This document shows positions 51,269 to 61,027 of a DNA stretch of 64,000 nucleotides, one piece after another. Position 1 is the stretch's first letter. Each line of letters starts with the position of its first letter. Below the pieces are notes generated by a model. The model worked only from the letters and a program-made list of their open reading frames with translations, was not told the DNA's origin and did no database searches. Made by a program: the position numbers and the translations under genes. The DNA is taken from assembly GCA_045863395.1 (NCBI GenBank), contig BTVJ01000034.1:16152-80151 (forward strand), read 5' to 3'. The DNA comes from Myxococcales bacterium. Its GTDB lineage: Bacteria > Myxococcota_A > UBA9042 > JABWCM01 > BTVJ01.

Positions 51269-51664
51269 GTGTACGCCAAGCGCTACAAAGCAGCGGGCGC
51301 AGAGACCGCCGGGCCCGGAGACCTCGTCGTCATGCTCTACGACGGAATCCTGAAGTTCGCAGCGGCCGCGCTGGAGGCGCTTGGAGAGGCTGACCGGCCC
51401 CGCCTCACCCTCAGTACGAATCGCGCGATCGCGATAGTCGACTACCTTCAGGTCATCCTCGACTCCGAGCAGGCACCTGATCTGGTGGCCGCTCTGGATC
51501 GGACCTACACGCACTGGATTCGCTCCCTGGCGCGCGCCAGCGCGGAGCAGGATTCGGCCCCAATCCATGCGATCCTCCCCGACATTCAGGGCCTCCGGGA
51601 TGCATGGGCCGAGGCGGCGAAGGCGGTGACGCGGGATCAGCTCATGAATCGGTCCCTGGGTTGA
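51269..51664 (+). CDS. fliS: Flagellin chaperone FliS
   Basis: Y.....ETA.P..LVVMLYDGIL, RA.AIV..L...LD, L...Y, LRDAW. Confidence 0.92.
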   Translation: MYAKRYKAAGAETAGPGDLVVMLYDGILKFAAAALEALGEADRPRLTLSTNRAIAIVDYLQVILDSEQAPDLVAALDRTYTHWIRSLARASAEQDSAPIHAILPDIQGLRDAWAEAAKAVTRDQLMNRSLG

Positions 51665-51670
51665 CGGGCC

Positions 51671-51961
51671 ATGCGAGACTTGGTGCAGGAGTGGGTCGAG
51701 GTCTCCTCAAAGATCTTTGAGGCCGTGCGCGGAGGGGACGTCACGGTGGTGGAGACCCTCTGTGAGCTGCGTACAGATCTGCTGAACCGAATCGAGCAGG
51801 ACGCGTTGCGGAGCCCGCTTGACCAGATCGAGCGAAACGCACTCCGTGACGCGGAGTCCGATCTTCAGGGGCGAGTCTCCATCTTCCTCGAAGGAGCGCG
51901 CACAGAAGCCGCCGGAAACGCCATGAAGAGCAGGACCGTGAGAGCCTACGGTGACCGCTGA
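51671..51961 (+). CDS. Small helical protein in the FliT position
   Basis: 96 aa after fliS; L...R.DLL..I pattern and C-terminal RAYG. Confidence 0.55.
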   Translation: MRDLVQEWVEVSSKIFEAVRGGDVTVVETLCELRTDLLNRIEQDALRSPLDQIERNALRDAESDLQGRVSIFLEGARTEAAGNAMKSRTVRAYGDR

Positions 51962-52073
51962 GGTTACGACACCGGGGCCTCCGATCCACGTGGGGGTTCA
52001 TGGCACCCGTTGACGGTGGCACGCGGGAGCCTGGATCCAGCATCCTGGTGGCGCCAAACCACGAAGGCGATGA

Positions 52074-53135
52074 GTGATGACGAGTCTAGGAACAGCGATC
52101 ACGGAAGAGTCCCTCCGTCAGCTCGCCAGCGCCGGGGAGACCGTCACGGCGATTCGATGCGACCAGCGAGGAACGTCAGCCATTTCGGGTGCGCCGCTTC
52201 CCCCCGCCGGCCTGGCCTCCACCCATGCGCTCGTGCACGTAGACTCCACCGCAACCGACGAAACGCTCGCTGGGGCGCTGCACGAAGCCCTCGATTCATG
52301 CGTGGACGGGTCCCCGATCACCGTCGTAGCGGAGAACGGACGGCACTTCTCCGCTGTCGCCCTCCGCATGGCCGCCAGTCCACCTGCGCTAGGAGAGGTC
52401 GTGCCGGGTGTCCCTCTGGCCTCGGTTCGAGACCTGCTGGTCGACGCGGGCGTCACCGAGATCCGTGAGAGCGGCGTGTCCGCCGCCTACTTGCCGGAGA
52501 GCCTCGACCACATCAGGGGACGGGACCTGTGCCAGGATCAGAGTGTGGACAAGGCGCGCCTCTACAACCTCGCGCACGTGGTCGTGTTCGAGGGGCGACG
52601 GGGCTCCTGGCCTCCCAGCTCCTACGACTCGGAGCAGTTGGCAGCCTGGCTGGACTCCGGTGATGTCGAGGGTGCTCTCGGCTACATCAGACCATTCACC
52701 GACGTTCAGCGCTCTCGCGCTCGGCTCTGGAGTGATCTGGCCGTACTGCTCGAGGCGGCCTCCCTGCACGACGACGCCATTGCCTGCGCTCGGCGCGCGA
52801 CGTCCTGCGACGTCTTCCACGACGCAGCCCGCCTGAACCTCTTCGACCTGACAGGCACCACCGAGGCCACCGATGAGGGGGGGAGCTTCTGGGAGTCGGA
52901 CGCAGAGTCGATGGCACAGAAGGCGGCGTCCCTGGTTCGTTCCCTGTGCCCGGCCGACGCACTGCCCTTGGCAGAGCTGGCCGTGATGCGGTGCCCAAGT
53001 ACCGTGACACTGGGGACCCTGCGCATGGTACTGCGAGAGCTCGGCGAGATGTCGCGTGCGGGAGAGATCCCAGCACTGGCGCGCCTCCTGAGATTGATCG
53101 GCAGCGACGACGACACCGAGGCGACTGTTGAGTAG
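52074..53135 (+). CDS. Hypothetical protein with a weakly methyltransferase-like N-terminus and TPR-like C-terminus
   Basis: ITVVAEN.RH...ASVRDLLVDAGV; LWSDLAVLL......DDAIACARRA...AARLNL. Confidence 0.55.
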   Translation: MMTSLGTAITEESLRQLASAGETVTAIRCDQRGTSAISGAPLPPAGLASTHALVHVDSTATDETLAGALHEALDSCVDGSPITVVAENGRHFSAVALRMAASPPALGEVVPGVPLASVRDLLVDAGVTEIRESGVSAAYLPESLDHIRGRDLCQDQSVDKARLYNLAHVVVFEGRRGSWPPSSYDSEQLAAWLDSGDVEGALGYIRPFTDVQRSRARLWSDLAVLLEAASLHDDAIACARRATSCDVFHDAARLNLFDLTGTTEATDEGGSFWESDAESMAQKAASLVRSLCPADALPLAELAVMRCPSTVTLGTLRMVLRELGEMSRAGEIPALARLLRLIGSDDDTEATVE

Positions 53136-54765
53136 CGACGTGCTCACGAACGGCGAGGCACGCGCTGTCTACGTGGACCTCCTCATGGCGGTGAGGCGGA
53201 TCGAGAGCCTGTCCAGGCGACTCACCGAGGCGATCGGCTTCGAGGACGACCATCTCGCCGGGTTCCTGCACCTTCAGCAGGTGGATGCGCGGCGCAATCT
53301 GGCCGACGTCGCGAAGAGTCTGGAAGGCAACGCGCCGCAGAACGACCAGGAGACAGCCATCCTGAGTGCGGTATCGGCCTGCGCTGCCCAGATTGCCAAG
53401 GACGATTCACGGTACCAGTCCTGGCGGCTGTCGAGGTTCACCGGCAAACAGTTTGCGGCGGACTGGGTCGAGCAGGCGCTGGTCAATCTCCCTCGGCTGA
53501 TCGACCGACCCATGGCCGGAGCGCTGGCAGACTCATTCAAAGGTGTGCCCGCGGTAGTGGTGTCTGCCGGACCTTCCCTCGACCGAAACATCCGGCACTT
53601 GGTGCCGTTCCGCGATCAGATCGTGCTGATCGGGATGAACCAGACGGTCCGCGCATTACGCCGGATCGGGCTCGAGCCCGACTTCGTGCTGGCCCTGGAC
53701 GGGGCGGACCTCCGGTATCAGTTCGAGGACGCGGGGGCCAAGCCGTTGGCAGCCTCCGTCGTTCGGGTGTCCGTCCATCCATCCGTCCTCGAGGTTCCCT
53801 CAACCCACTTGTTCAGTTGGAGTGGAAACCTTCCACACGAGCGCTGGGTCGCCCAGGTGCTGGGGGGCGGCTCCAGAAGCATCATGGGCGGTGGCGGTTC
53901 CGTCGCACACTTCTGTTTGAGCTTTGCCCGCCTGATCGGCTGCGACCCGGTGATCCTCATCGGTCAAGACCTGGCGATCACGGGGGCCAGGTACTACGCA
54001 TCGGGGGCCGCCGACCACGATCACGAGCTGTCGCTGTCCGAGGACGGCCAGCGGATCGTGCACAAGACGTCGGAGAGGAAGGCGAGAGCCATCCCCAGGA
54101 CCGCCAACCGAACCGAGCTGCTGTGCGAGGTGGAGGGGTACTTCGGGGACGTCGTCCAGACGACCAGCGTATTCAGCCACTTCATTGACCAGTTTCGCGA
54201 GCTCCTTGAGTGGTTCAATGGTACTCCGCGGGTGATCAACGCCACGGAGGGAGGAGCGAGGATCCCCGGCACCGAGCAGATGGGGCTCCGCGAGGCACTC
54301 GAGCGCTTCTGCGTTGGACCCGTCGAGGTCGCACGAGTCGTCGAATCCCAACTCCAGAGCCGTGACTGGGAGAGCGCGGCGAGCGCGTGCTGCGAGGAGC
54401 TGCAGCTGCTCATCGATACGTGCACACTGACCAGGAGAGTGGCAAGCCGCTGGCGCACGTGCGCGAAGAAGGTGTGCGACCAGCCGCAGTCCGTCGAGGA
54501 CCGGGAGCGGCTCATCGCAGAGACTCGGCGGCTCGTGGGGGCAGCTCGCCCGCTGACGGAGGTCGCGGCACCGGCGCTGAGAGACGCCTTTGGCGCCGCC
54601 GCAGCGGCGTTTGCAGAGGCCCCGGGCTTCACCGAGGCCGTGCAAGTGTTCGAGCGCCTTCTCTCGGAGCTGGAGCGGTTCATCTCCCGCGTGGAGACGG
54701 CGGCTGAACAGAGTCTGACCGCCATCAGTGAACGCGCGACCCACGCAGCCCCCATGGCTCCATGA
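53128..54765 (+). CDS. maf: Maf-family (DUF115/MAF_flag10-like) flagellin glycosyltransferase
   Basis: PAVVVSAGPSLDRNI, PDFVLALD, GGSVAH....A..IGC.PVILIGQDLA, INATEGGARI.G. Confidence 0.88.
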   Translation: MSSDVLTNGEARAVYVDLLMAVRRIESLSRRLTEAIGFEDDHLAGFLHLQQVDARRNLADVAKSLEGNAPQNDQETAILSAVSACAAQIAKDDSRYQSWRLSRFTGKQFAADWVEQALVNLPRLIDRPMAGALADSFKGVPAVVVSAGPSLDRNIRHLVPFRDQIVLIGMNQTVRALRRIGLEPDFVLALDGADLRYQFEDAGAKPLAASVVRVSVHPSVLEVPSTHLFSWSGNLPHERWVAQVLGGGSRSIMGGGGSVAHFCLSFARLIGCDPVILIGQDLAITGARYYASGAADHDHELSLSEDGQRIVHKTSERKARAIPRTANRTELLCEVEGYFGDVVQTTSVFSHFIDQFRELLEWFNGTPRVINATEGGARIPGTEQMGLREALERFCVGPVEVARVVESQLQSRDWESAASACCEELQLLIDTCTLTRRVASRWRTCAKKVCDQPQSVEDRERLIAETRRLVGAARPLTEVAAPALRDAFGAAAAAFAEAPGFTEAVQVFERLLSELERFISRVETAAEQSLTAISERATHAAPMAP

Positions 54766-54846
54766 AGCGAACTCCCATCTGGTCAATTGGCCGTAGCACT
54801 TCCGCCAGGCGTCATCGAGTAAGACAGCGGGGCGCCACGGTGCGGC

Positions 54847-56121
54847 ATGCAACCCGATAGGTCCACTGTCCCGTCGGGAGGGGCACCACGCCTGTCGCTC
54901 TGCCTCATCGTACGCGATGAGGAGGCGATGCTCCCCGCGATGCTCGACTCCGTGGCCGGAGTGTGTGACGAGATCGTCGCGGTGGACACCGGGTCAGTCG
55001 ACGGTACGGCACGCATCCTTGCCGACGCCGGAGCCCGCGTTCACAGCGTGCCGTGGCACGACGACTTCGCGGAGGCACGCAACGCCTCACTCGACCTGGC
55101 TACGGGAGAGTGGATCCTCGTCATGGACGCTGACGAGCGGCTCCAACCAGAGTCGGTGAACGCGCTGGAGGCGACCATCGGCGCTCCGGACGTGGGCGCA
55201 GCTACCGTCGTCATGCGCAACGCCACCAGCGGGGGCATGGTTCGCGAGGCGCGCCTCCTTCGGCTCTTCCGACGCCACCCTGGCGTGCGGTTTCGTCATC
55301 GCATCCACGAGGACGTTGGTGAGTCCGTCGCCGCGGCGCTCCTGAGCATGGGACTGAGGATGGCACACCCTCCCGTGCTGATCGACCACCTGGGCTACGC
55401 CCGGAGCGTGGCGGCCGAGCGAGGCAAGCGCGACCGGGACTGGCGCGTCCTCTCGCTGCTCCTCGACGAAGCGCCCGATGATCTCTATGCGCACTTCAAA
55501 CGCCTGGAGCAGGCCCGGTTCTGGGGAGACCTCGAGCGCTGGCGAGCTGCAGCATCCGAGGCTACCGCTGCGTTGCTCCGGGCAACCCCCGAAGCCCTGC
55601 GCTCACTCCACGTGGCTGACGAGCTCGTCTCCCTGATCGCGACAACTCCCGGGGCCACCCTCCTGGCGGACCCTCTCACGTTCCTGAAGCGCACGTTGGC
55701 CCACCTCCCGGAGAGCGCCGTCGGCCAGTACTGGGTTGGCTTTCTCTGTGAGTCCGCACACCGCGCGGACGAGGCGGCCGCGGCATACCGGAAGGCCATC
55801 GCAATTGGGGGGGCGCGCGATCCTCAGTTTTCGCGCGTCCGTCCGCTGCTCGGCCTCGTCCGTGTCGACCTGGCCCGCGGTCACCTCAGTGGAACCATGG
55901 AGCGCGCCATGGAGGCGCTGCGCGAGGCCCCACTCGACGTCGAGGCGCTCGCACTGGTCCTGCTTTGCGCCACAATGCAGCGTGGTCCGCAGGGTGCGCG
56001 GGCGATGGTCGCCACGTTGAGGCTCGAGTACGGGCACTTGCCCGGATGGCGCGGGATTCTCGACAAGGCCGCGCGATCCCTGAGAATGCCCGAGCTCGCG
56101 GCGATGGTGGACGAGCGCTGA
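54847..56121 (+). CDS. GT2 glycosyltransferase with TPR C-terminus
   Basis: LSLCLIVRDEE..L...LDSV....DEIVAVDTGSVDGT, W.DDFAEARN.SL..ATGEWILVMDADE, RLFR, IHE, I.HLGY. Confidence 0.92.
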   Translation: MQPDRSTVPSGGAPRLSLCLIVRDEEAMLPAMLDSVAGVCDEIVAVDTGSVDGTARILADAGARVHSVPWHDDFAEARNASLDLATGEWILVMDADERLQPESVNALEATIGAPDVGAATVVMRNATSGGMVREARLLRLFRRHPGVRFRHRIHEDVGESVAAALLSMGLRMAHPPVLIDHLGYARSVAAERGKRDRDWRVLSLLLDEAPDDLYAHFKRLEQARFWGDLERWRAAASEATAALLRATPEALRSLHVADELVSLIATTPGATLLADPLTFLKRTLAHLPESAVGQYWVGFLCESAHRADEAAAAYRKAIAIGGARDPQFSRVRPLLGLVRVDLARGHLSGTMERAMEALREAPLDVEALALVLLCATMQRGPQGARAMVATLRLEYGHLPGWRGILDKAARSLRMPELAAMVDER

Positions 56122-56221
56122 TGCCCCGTGTCGTAGCGCAGTGAGTGGACCAGGGCTCTGAAGGATGCCCATGGAGGCGCACTTCAGGCGGACGTCGAGG
56201 CGGTCGCTCCTGGAAGGGTGG

Positions 56222-56866
56222 ATGAAGCAAGTGATCAAGGCGGTGGGAGTAGGAGCCGGCGGCCACGCCCGGGCGGTCATCGACGCGGCACGCCTGCATG
56301 GCGTCAAGGTCGTGGCCCTGGTGGACGCGGACCCGGCGCGCTTGGGGACGACCCTCGCGGGGGTACCCGTCGCCGGGGACGACAGCGCCCTCACCGGGCT
56401 GCGCGGTCAAGCGACGCACGCCTTCATCGGCGTCGGGACGGTGGGGCGCTCGGGGACCCGGGAGCGCCTGTTCGCGCTCGTCCTGGCGAGCGGCCTCGCA
56501 CCGCTCGACGTGCTGCACCCGGCCGCGATCCTGGCGGCCGACGCCATGTGGGGGTCGGGCGTTACCATACTCGCGCGCGCTGTGCTCAACCCCAATGCGC
56601 GGCTGGGCGCAAACGTCGTGATCAACACGGGCGCCATCGTCGAGCACGACTGCGAGGTCGGCGACCACGTCCATGTGGCGACGGGAGCCATCCTGTGCGG
56701 GGCCGTGCGCGTCGGGACGGGGGCGCACGTCGGCGCCGGCGCGGTCGTGCGTCAGGGGATCCGGGTGGGTGCGCGCGCCGTCGTCGGCGCCGGCGCGGTC
56801 GTAGTACACGACGTGCCCGACGACACAGTGGTCGTCGGGGTGCCGGCTCGTCCCTTGGCCGGGTGA
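56222..56866 (+). CDS. NeuD/PglD-family sugar acetyltransferase (LegH-like role)
   Basis: GAGGHARAV.D, hexapeptide repeats INTGAIVEHDC.VGDHVHVA.GA.L.G.V.VG, VGAGAVV..DVP....VVGVPAR. Confidence 0.9.
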   Translation: MKQVIKAVGVGAGGHARAVIDAARLHGVKVVALVDADPARLGTTLAGVPVAGDDSALTGLRGQATHAFIGVGTVGRSGTRERLFALVLASGLAPLDVLHPAAILAADAMWGSGVTILARAVLNPNARLGANVVINTGAIVEHDCEVGDHVHVATGAILCGAVRVGTGAHVGAGAVVRQGIRVGARAVVGAGAVVVHDVPDDTVVVGVPARPLAG

Positions 56867-56897
56867 GAGTCGCAGGCGCCAAGGCACGGGCCGCGCG

Positions 56898-56926
56898 GTA
56901 AAGGCTGCGGCCCCACGGCCCGTTGT
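56898..56926 (+). promoter_or_regulatory. Sigma-28-like promoter of the sugar-pathway operon
   Basis: GTAAAGG-N16-CGTTGT, same spacing as the flgM and fliC copies. Confidence 0.65.
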
Positions 56927-56971
56927 CGCTGGTGTGCCGGGTGCCCCGCAAGCGTTTCGTAGCGAGCAGAC

Positions 56972-58039
56972 ATGATCACCGGAAAGCGGCTTCAGACCAT
57001 CCTCGCCCCTCCGACAGCGCGACTCACCGAGATCATCGCAGCCATCGATCACGGTGCCGTCGGGCTATGCCTCATCGTGACATCCGACGGAGCGCTGCTG
57101 GGCACGGTGACGGACGGCGACGTGCGACGCGCCATCCTGCGCGGTCTGTCGCTGGATGAGGCAGCCAGCGCGGTCATGAACCCGCACCCGCTGTGGGTCT
57201 CCGAGACGACGAGCTTGCGCGCCACGGGCGAGCTGATGCGGCGGCGGAGCGTCTCGAGGGTTCCGGTCGTCGACGACGAACTCAAGGTCATCGGCCTGCG
57301 ACGCCTCGAGGACCTGATTGCGGCGCCTGAGGAGACCGCCGAGAACCTGGTCGTGCTGATGGCAGGGGGGCTCGGCAAGCGGCTGCGTCCGCTGACACAG
57401 GACATTCCGAAGCCCATGCTGCCGGTGGGCGGGCGCCCGCTCCTCGAGACGCTGGTGACGCGGTTCCGGGACCAAGGGTTCCGCAGGGTGCGCCTCGCCG
57501 TCAACTACAAGTCCGAGATCGTCGAGGGGCACTTCGGCGACGGCACGGAGTTCGGCGTCGACATCCGCTATCTGCGGGAGGAGGAGCCGCTCGGGACCAT
57601 CGGGGCCCTGACGCTGCTCGACGCTCCGCCGGCCTACCCGGTGGTCGTGATGAACGGCGACGTGTTGACGAAGGTGAGCTTCCGGGCACTGCTCGAGTAC
57701 CACCAGACCCACGGCTTCGCCATGACGGTGTGCGTGCGGCACTACGAGCTGCAGGTGCCGTACGGCGTGGTCGAGCTCGACGACACCCGTATCACCGCCG
57801 TCGAAGAGAAGCCGGTGAAGGGCTTCTTCGTGAACGCGGGCATCTACGTGGTTGACCCGGAGGTGGTCGCCGCACTGCCGAAGGGGACTCGCACGGACGC
57901 GACGGACGTGGTACAGCGACTGCTGGGCGAGGGGCTCAAGGTCGGCAGCTTCCCCGTGCGCGAGTACTGGATAGACGTGGGGTCGCACGCTGACTTCGAG
58001 CGCGCTGGACGGGAGTTCGGGGACGTGTTCTGGGAGTAG
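56972..58039 (+). CDS. CBS-domain sugar-1-phosphate nucleotidyltransferase (PtmE-like)
   Basis: LLGTVTDGDVRRAIL (CBS); MAGGLGKRLRPLT..IPKPML.VG, VNYK, E.EPLGT.GAL, MNGD, NAGIY, YWIDVG. Confidence 0.9.
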   Translation: MITGKRLQTILAPPTARLTEIIAAIDHGAVGLCLIVTSDGALLGTVTDGDVRRAILRGLSLDEAASAVMNPHPLWVSETTSLRATGELMRRRSVSRVPVVDDELKVIGLRRLEDLIAAPEETAENLVVLMAGGLGKRLRPLTQDIPKPMLPVGGRPLLETLVTRFRDQGFRRVRLAVNYKSEIVEGHFGDGTEFGVDIRYLREEEPLGTIGALTLLDAPPAYPVVVMNGDVLTKVSFRALLEYHQTHGFAMTVCVRHYELQVPYGVVELDDTRITAVEEKPVKGFFVNAGIYVVDPEVVAALPKGTRTDATDVVQRLLGEGLKVGSFPVREYWIDVGSHADFERAGREFGDVFWE

Positions 58040-58043
58040 GCGC

Positions 58044-59030
58044 TTGAAGATCGACGGGAAACGGGTCCTTGTGACGGGCGCAGGCGGGTTCATCGGGTCG
58101 CACCTCGTGGAGGCGCTCGTCGCCCGCGGGTGCGCGGTGCGAGCCCTGGCCCGCTACAACGGACGCGGCGACCGGGGGATGCTGGAGGTCATCCCTCCCG
58201 ACGTCCGCGAAGCCATCGAGGTGGTCCTCGGCGACGTGACCGATCCGTTCCAGGTCGACCGGGTGGTCGCGGGCTGCGACGTGGTGTTCCACCTGGCGGC
58301 GCTCATCGCGATACCGTTCTCCTACGTGGCGCCGGCATCCTACGTCGAGGCCAACGTCCGTGGCACACTGAATGTCCTCGAGGCATGTCGGCGCCACGGC
58401 GTCGAGCGGCTCGTGCACACGTCCACGTCCGAGACCTATGGCACGGCGCGGTACACGCCCATCGACGAGGCGCACCCACTGCAGGGGCAGTCGCCCTACT
58501 CCGCCACGAAGATCGCCGCCGACAAGCTGGCCGAGTCGTTCTACCGGTCATTCGAGGTACCAGTGGCGACCATTCGGCCGTTCAACACGTTCGGGCCGCG
58601 CCAGTCCGCACGGGCGATCATCCCGACGATCATCTCCCAGGCGCTCGCAAACAGAGTGGTCCGGCTCGGCAATCTGGCGCCGGTGCGCGACTTCACGTTC
58701 GTGCGGGACACGGCGGCCGGGTTCATCGCCGTTGCCGAGTGCGACCGGGCCATCGGCGACGTCGTCAACGTGGGCACCGGCAAGGGCATCGCCATCGGCG
58801 ACCTGGCGGCGCGCATCGTCGCAGTGCTGGGCGAGGACATCCCCGTGGAGCACGACGCGACGCGGCTGCGGCCCGACGCGAGCGAGGTCTTCGAGCTGCT
58901 TTGCGAGGCGACACGCGCGCGCGAGTGGTGCGGCTGGGAGCCACGGATCACCCTGGACGCGGGGCTCGCAGAGGTCGTCGCCTGGGTCGAGGGGCACCTC
59001 GACCACTACAAGACCGGGTACCAGGTGTGA
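58044..59030 (+). CDS. legB: NAD-dependent sugar 4,6-dehydratase, LegB-like
   Basis: VTGAGGFIGSHL, HLAALIAIPFSY.AP.SYV..N..GTLNVL, HTSTSETYGTA, QSPYSATK, RPFNTFGPRQSARA.IPTII.Q. Confidence 0.85.
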   Translation: MKIDGKRVLVTGAGGFIGSHLVEALVARGCAVRALARYNGRGDRGMLEVIPPDVREAIEVVLGDVTDPFQVDRVVAGCDVVFHLAALIAIPFSYVAPASYVEANVRGTLNVLEACRRHGVERLVHTSTSETYGTARYTPIDEAHPLQGQSPYSATKIAADKLAESFYRSFEVPVATIRPFNTFGPRQSARAIIPTIISQALANRVVRLGNLAPVRDFTFVRDTAAGFIAVAECDRAIGDVVNVGTGKGIAIGDLAARIVAVLGEDIPVEHDATRLRPDASEVFELLCEATRAREWCGWEPRITLDAGLAEVVAWVEGHLDHYKTGYQV

Positions 59031-60172
59031 GCGTGGGTGACACACCGTTTCTGGCGCTTCACGAGCCCCGCTTCGAGGGCCGTGAGTGGGAGTACGTGAA
59101 GGACTGCCTCGACACCGGCTGGGTGTCGAGCGCGGGAGCCTATGTCCACCGATTCGAGGAGGCCCTCGCCGCGGCAGCGGGGACACGCCATGCGGTGGCC
59201 GTCGTCAACGGGACGTCAGCACTGCACCTGGCGCTGATGGCCGTCGGCGTCTCGCGCAGTGATCTGGTCATCGTGCCGGCCCTCACGTTCATCGCGACGG
59301 CCAACGCGGTCAGCTACTGCGGCGCGTCGCCCGTGTTCGTCGACTCGGAGCTGCCGTCGCTCGGCATGAGCCCGGACGCGGTGGACGACTTCCTGCACAG
59401 GTGCGTGCCGGGGCCGCAGGGTCCGGTGCACCAACCGTCGGGGCGACGGGTCGCTGCCTGTGTGCCCATGCACACGTTCGGGCACCCGGTGCGCATGGAC
59501 GCCCTGGCGACGGTGTGCGAGCACTGGGGGGTGCCTGTCGTCGAAGATGCGGCGGAGGCCCTGGGCAGCACGTGGCGGTCCCGGCCCTGCGGATCACTCG
59601 GACGACTGGGCACGTTGAGCTTCAACGGCAACAAGATCGTCACGACGGGAGGCGGCGGCGCCATCACGACCAACGACGATGCGCTGGCGCACCAGATACG
59701 CCACTGGTCGACGCAGGCAAAGGTGCCGCACCCGTGGCGCACGATCCACGACGAGGTCGGCTACAACTACCGCATGCCGAACATCAACGCGGCGCTCGGG
59801 CTGGCACAGATCGAGCGCCTGCCGGACCTGGTGGCACGCAAGCGCTGCATTGCCTCGTGGTACGCAGAGGCGCTGGCGGACTCTGAGGCGGCGCTATGCG
59901 CTGAGCCTGACGGGAGCCACAGCAACTACTGGCTCGTGTGCGCGCTGGTGCCGGACGGGCGGCGCGACGAAGTGCTCGCCGACCTGCAAGCGGCGCGAGT
60001 CGGCGCCCGAAGTGTGTGGGACCTGCTGCCGGAGGCGGGCCTGCATCCAGGGGCCATCACGAACACCCACCCCGTGGCGCAGGAGCTCGAGCGTCGGCTG
60101 GTGTCGCTTCCATCTTCGCCTCAGCTCACACGGGCGGATGTGGAGCGGACTGTGGCCGCACTGAGGCGCTGA
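59027..60172 (+). CDS. legC: LegC-family PLP aminotransferase
   Basis: LHEP.F.G.E..YV..CLDTGWVSS.G.YV..FE, NGTSALH, PMHTFGHP, EDAAEALG, SFNGNKIVTTGGGG, TQAK, GYNYRMPNINAALG.AQ.E; GTGA overlap. Confidence 0.88.
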   Translation: MSVGDTPFLALHEPRFEGREWEYVKDCLDTGWVSSAGAYVHRFEEALAAAAGTRHAVAVVNGTSALHLALMAVGVSRSDLVIVPALTFIATANAVSYCGASPVFVDSELPSLGMSPDAVDDFLHRCVPGPQGPVHQPSGRRVAACVPMHTFGHPVRMDALATVCEHWGVPVVEDAAEALGSTWRSRPCGSLGRLGTLSFNGNKIVTTGGGGAITTNDDALAHQIRHWSTQAKVPHPWRTIHDEVGYNYRMPNINAALGLAQIERLPDLVARKRCIASWYAEALADSEAALCAEPDGSHSNYWLVCALVPDGRRDEVLADLQAARVGARSVWDLLPEAGLHPGAITNTHPVAQELERRLVSLPSSPQLTRADVERTVAALRR

Positions 60173-60322
60173 GGCGCTCGACACCGTGCAGGCATGCTCC
60201 CTCAAGCATCGCCGCTGTTGGAGCAGCGAGGGCGCGAGGCTGGCCTCTCCGCCGCCGCAAGCGTGCGTGGCGGCCACCTGCCGTTCAGGACGCGGGAGAC
60301 AACCACTTGGTGGCTCAAGAGA

Positions 60323-61027
60323 TCAGGGTCCAGGGCGTCGCGCCAGCAGCGCCTCGCAGACGGCGAAGTCTAGCGAGGTGTCGATGTCCAACGACTCCTC
60401 GGGGGTCATCGGGAGCGGGACGCAGCGCCCCGCCGTGAAGCGGCCCTCCCGGCGGAGCGCCTCGACGCGCGTGAGGTAGATCGCGCCGTTGGGGGCCCAG
60501 ACGGTCGTCAGGTCCTGGCGACGGCCCGGAGAGTGGGCGACCAGCAGGGGAGCGAGGGCGCCGTCCGGACTCTCGACGAGGCACCAGGCAGGGTGGTGCT
60601 TCGGGCGCACTACGCCCAGGACGCTGTCTGCCGCCGCGGTCTCCGCCAGCCTCCAGGCCTCTCGCAGGTGTTCCGCCGTCCGGAGGGGGGAGGTCGGCTG
60701 CAAGAGCCAGAGCCACTCCGGGTGCCATCGGCGGTGATCTTGGAGCCAGTCGAGCGCGTGGAGACCCACCGCCAGGCTGGTCGCCTCGTCGGTCGCCAGC
60801 TCCGCCGGGCGGAGGAACGGGACGTCTGCGCCGGCCTTGCGCGCCGGCTCGGCGATGTCCTCGGCGTCCGTCGAGACGACGAGGGCGTCCACGACCCCCG
60901 AGGCCAGAGCCGCCTCCACCGTCCACACGATCAGCGGCTTGCCGCAGAGAGGGCGCACGTTCTTGCCCGGCAGGCCCTTGGAGCCGCCGCGCGCCGTGAT
61001 CAGGCCGAGACGGAGTGGGACGCTCAC
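60323..61027 (-). CDS. neuA: Acylneuraminate cytidylyltransferase (NeuA/LegF-like)
   Basis: ITARGGSKGLPGKN, VSTD, PFLRPAELATD, LQPTSPLR, RRQD, NGAIY, DIDT..D; GTG start overlaps the upstream stop. Confidence 0.9.
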   Translation of the reverse strand: MSVPLRLGLITARGGSKGLPGKNVRPLCGKPLIVWTVEAALASGVVDALVVSTDAEDIAEPARKAGADVPFLRPAELATDEATSLAVGLHALDWLQDHRRWHPEWLWLLQPTSPLRTAEHLREAWRLAETAAADSVLGVVRPKHHPAWCLVESPDGALAPLLVAHSPGRRQDLTTVWAPNGAIYLTRVEALRREGRFTAGRCVPLPMTPEESLDIDTSLDFAVCEALLARRPGP

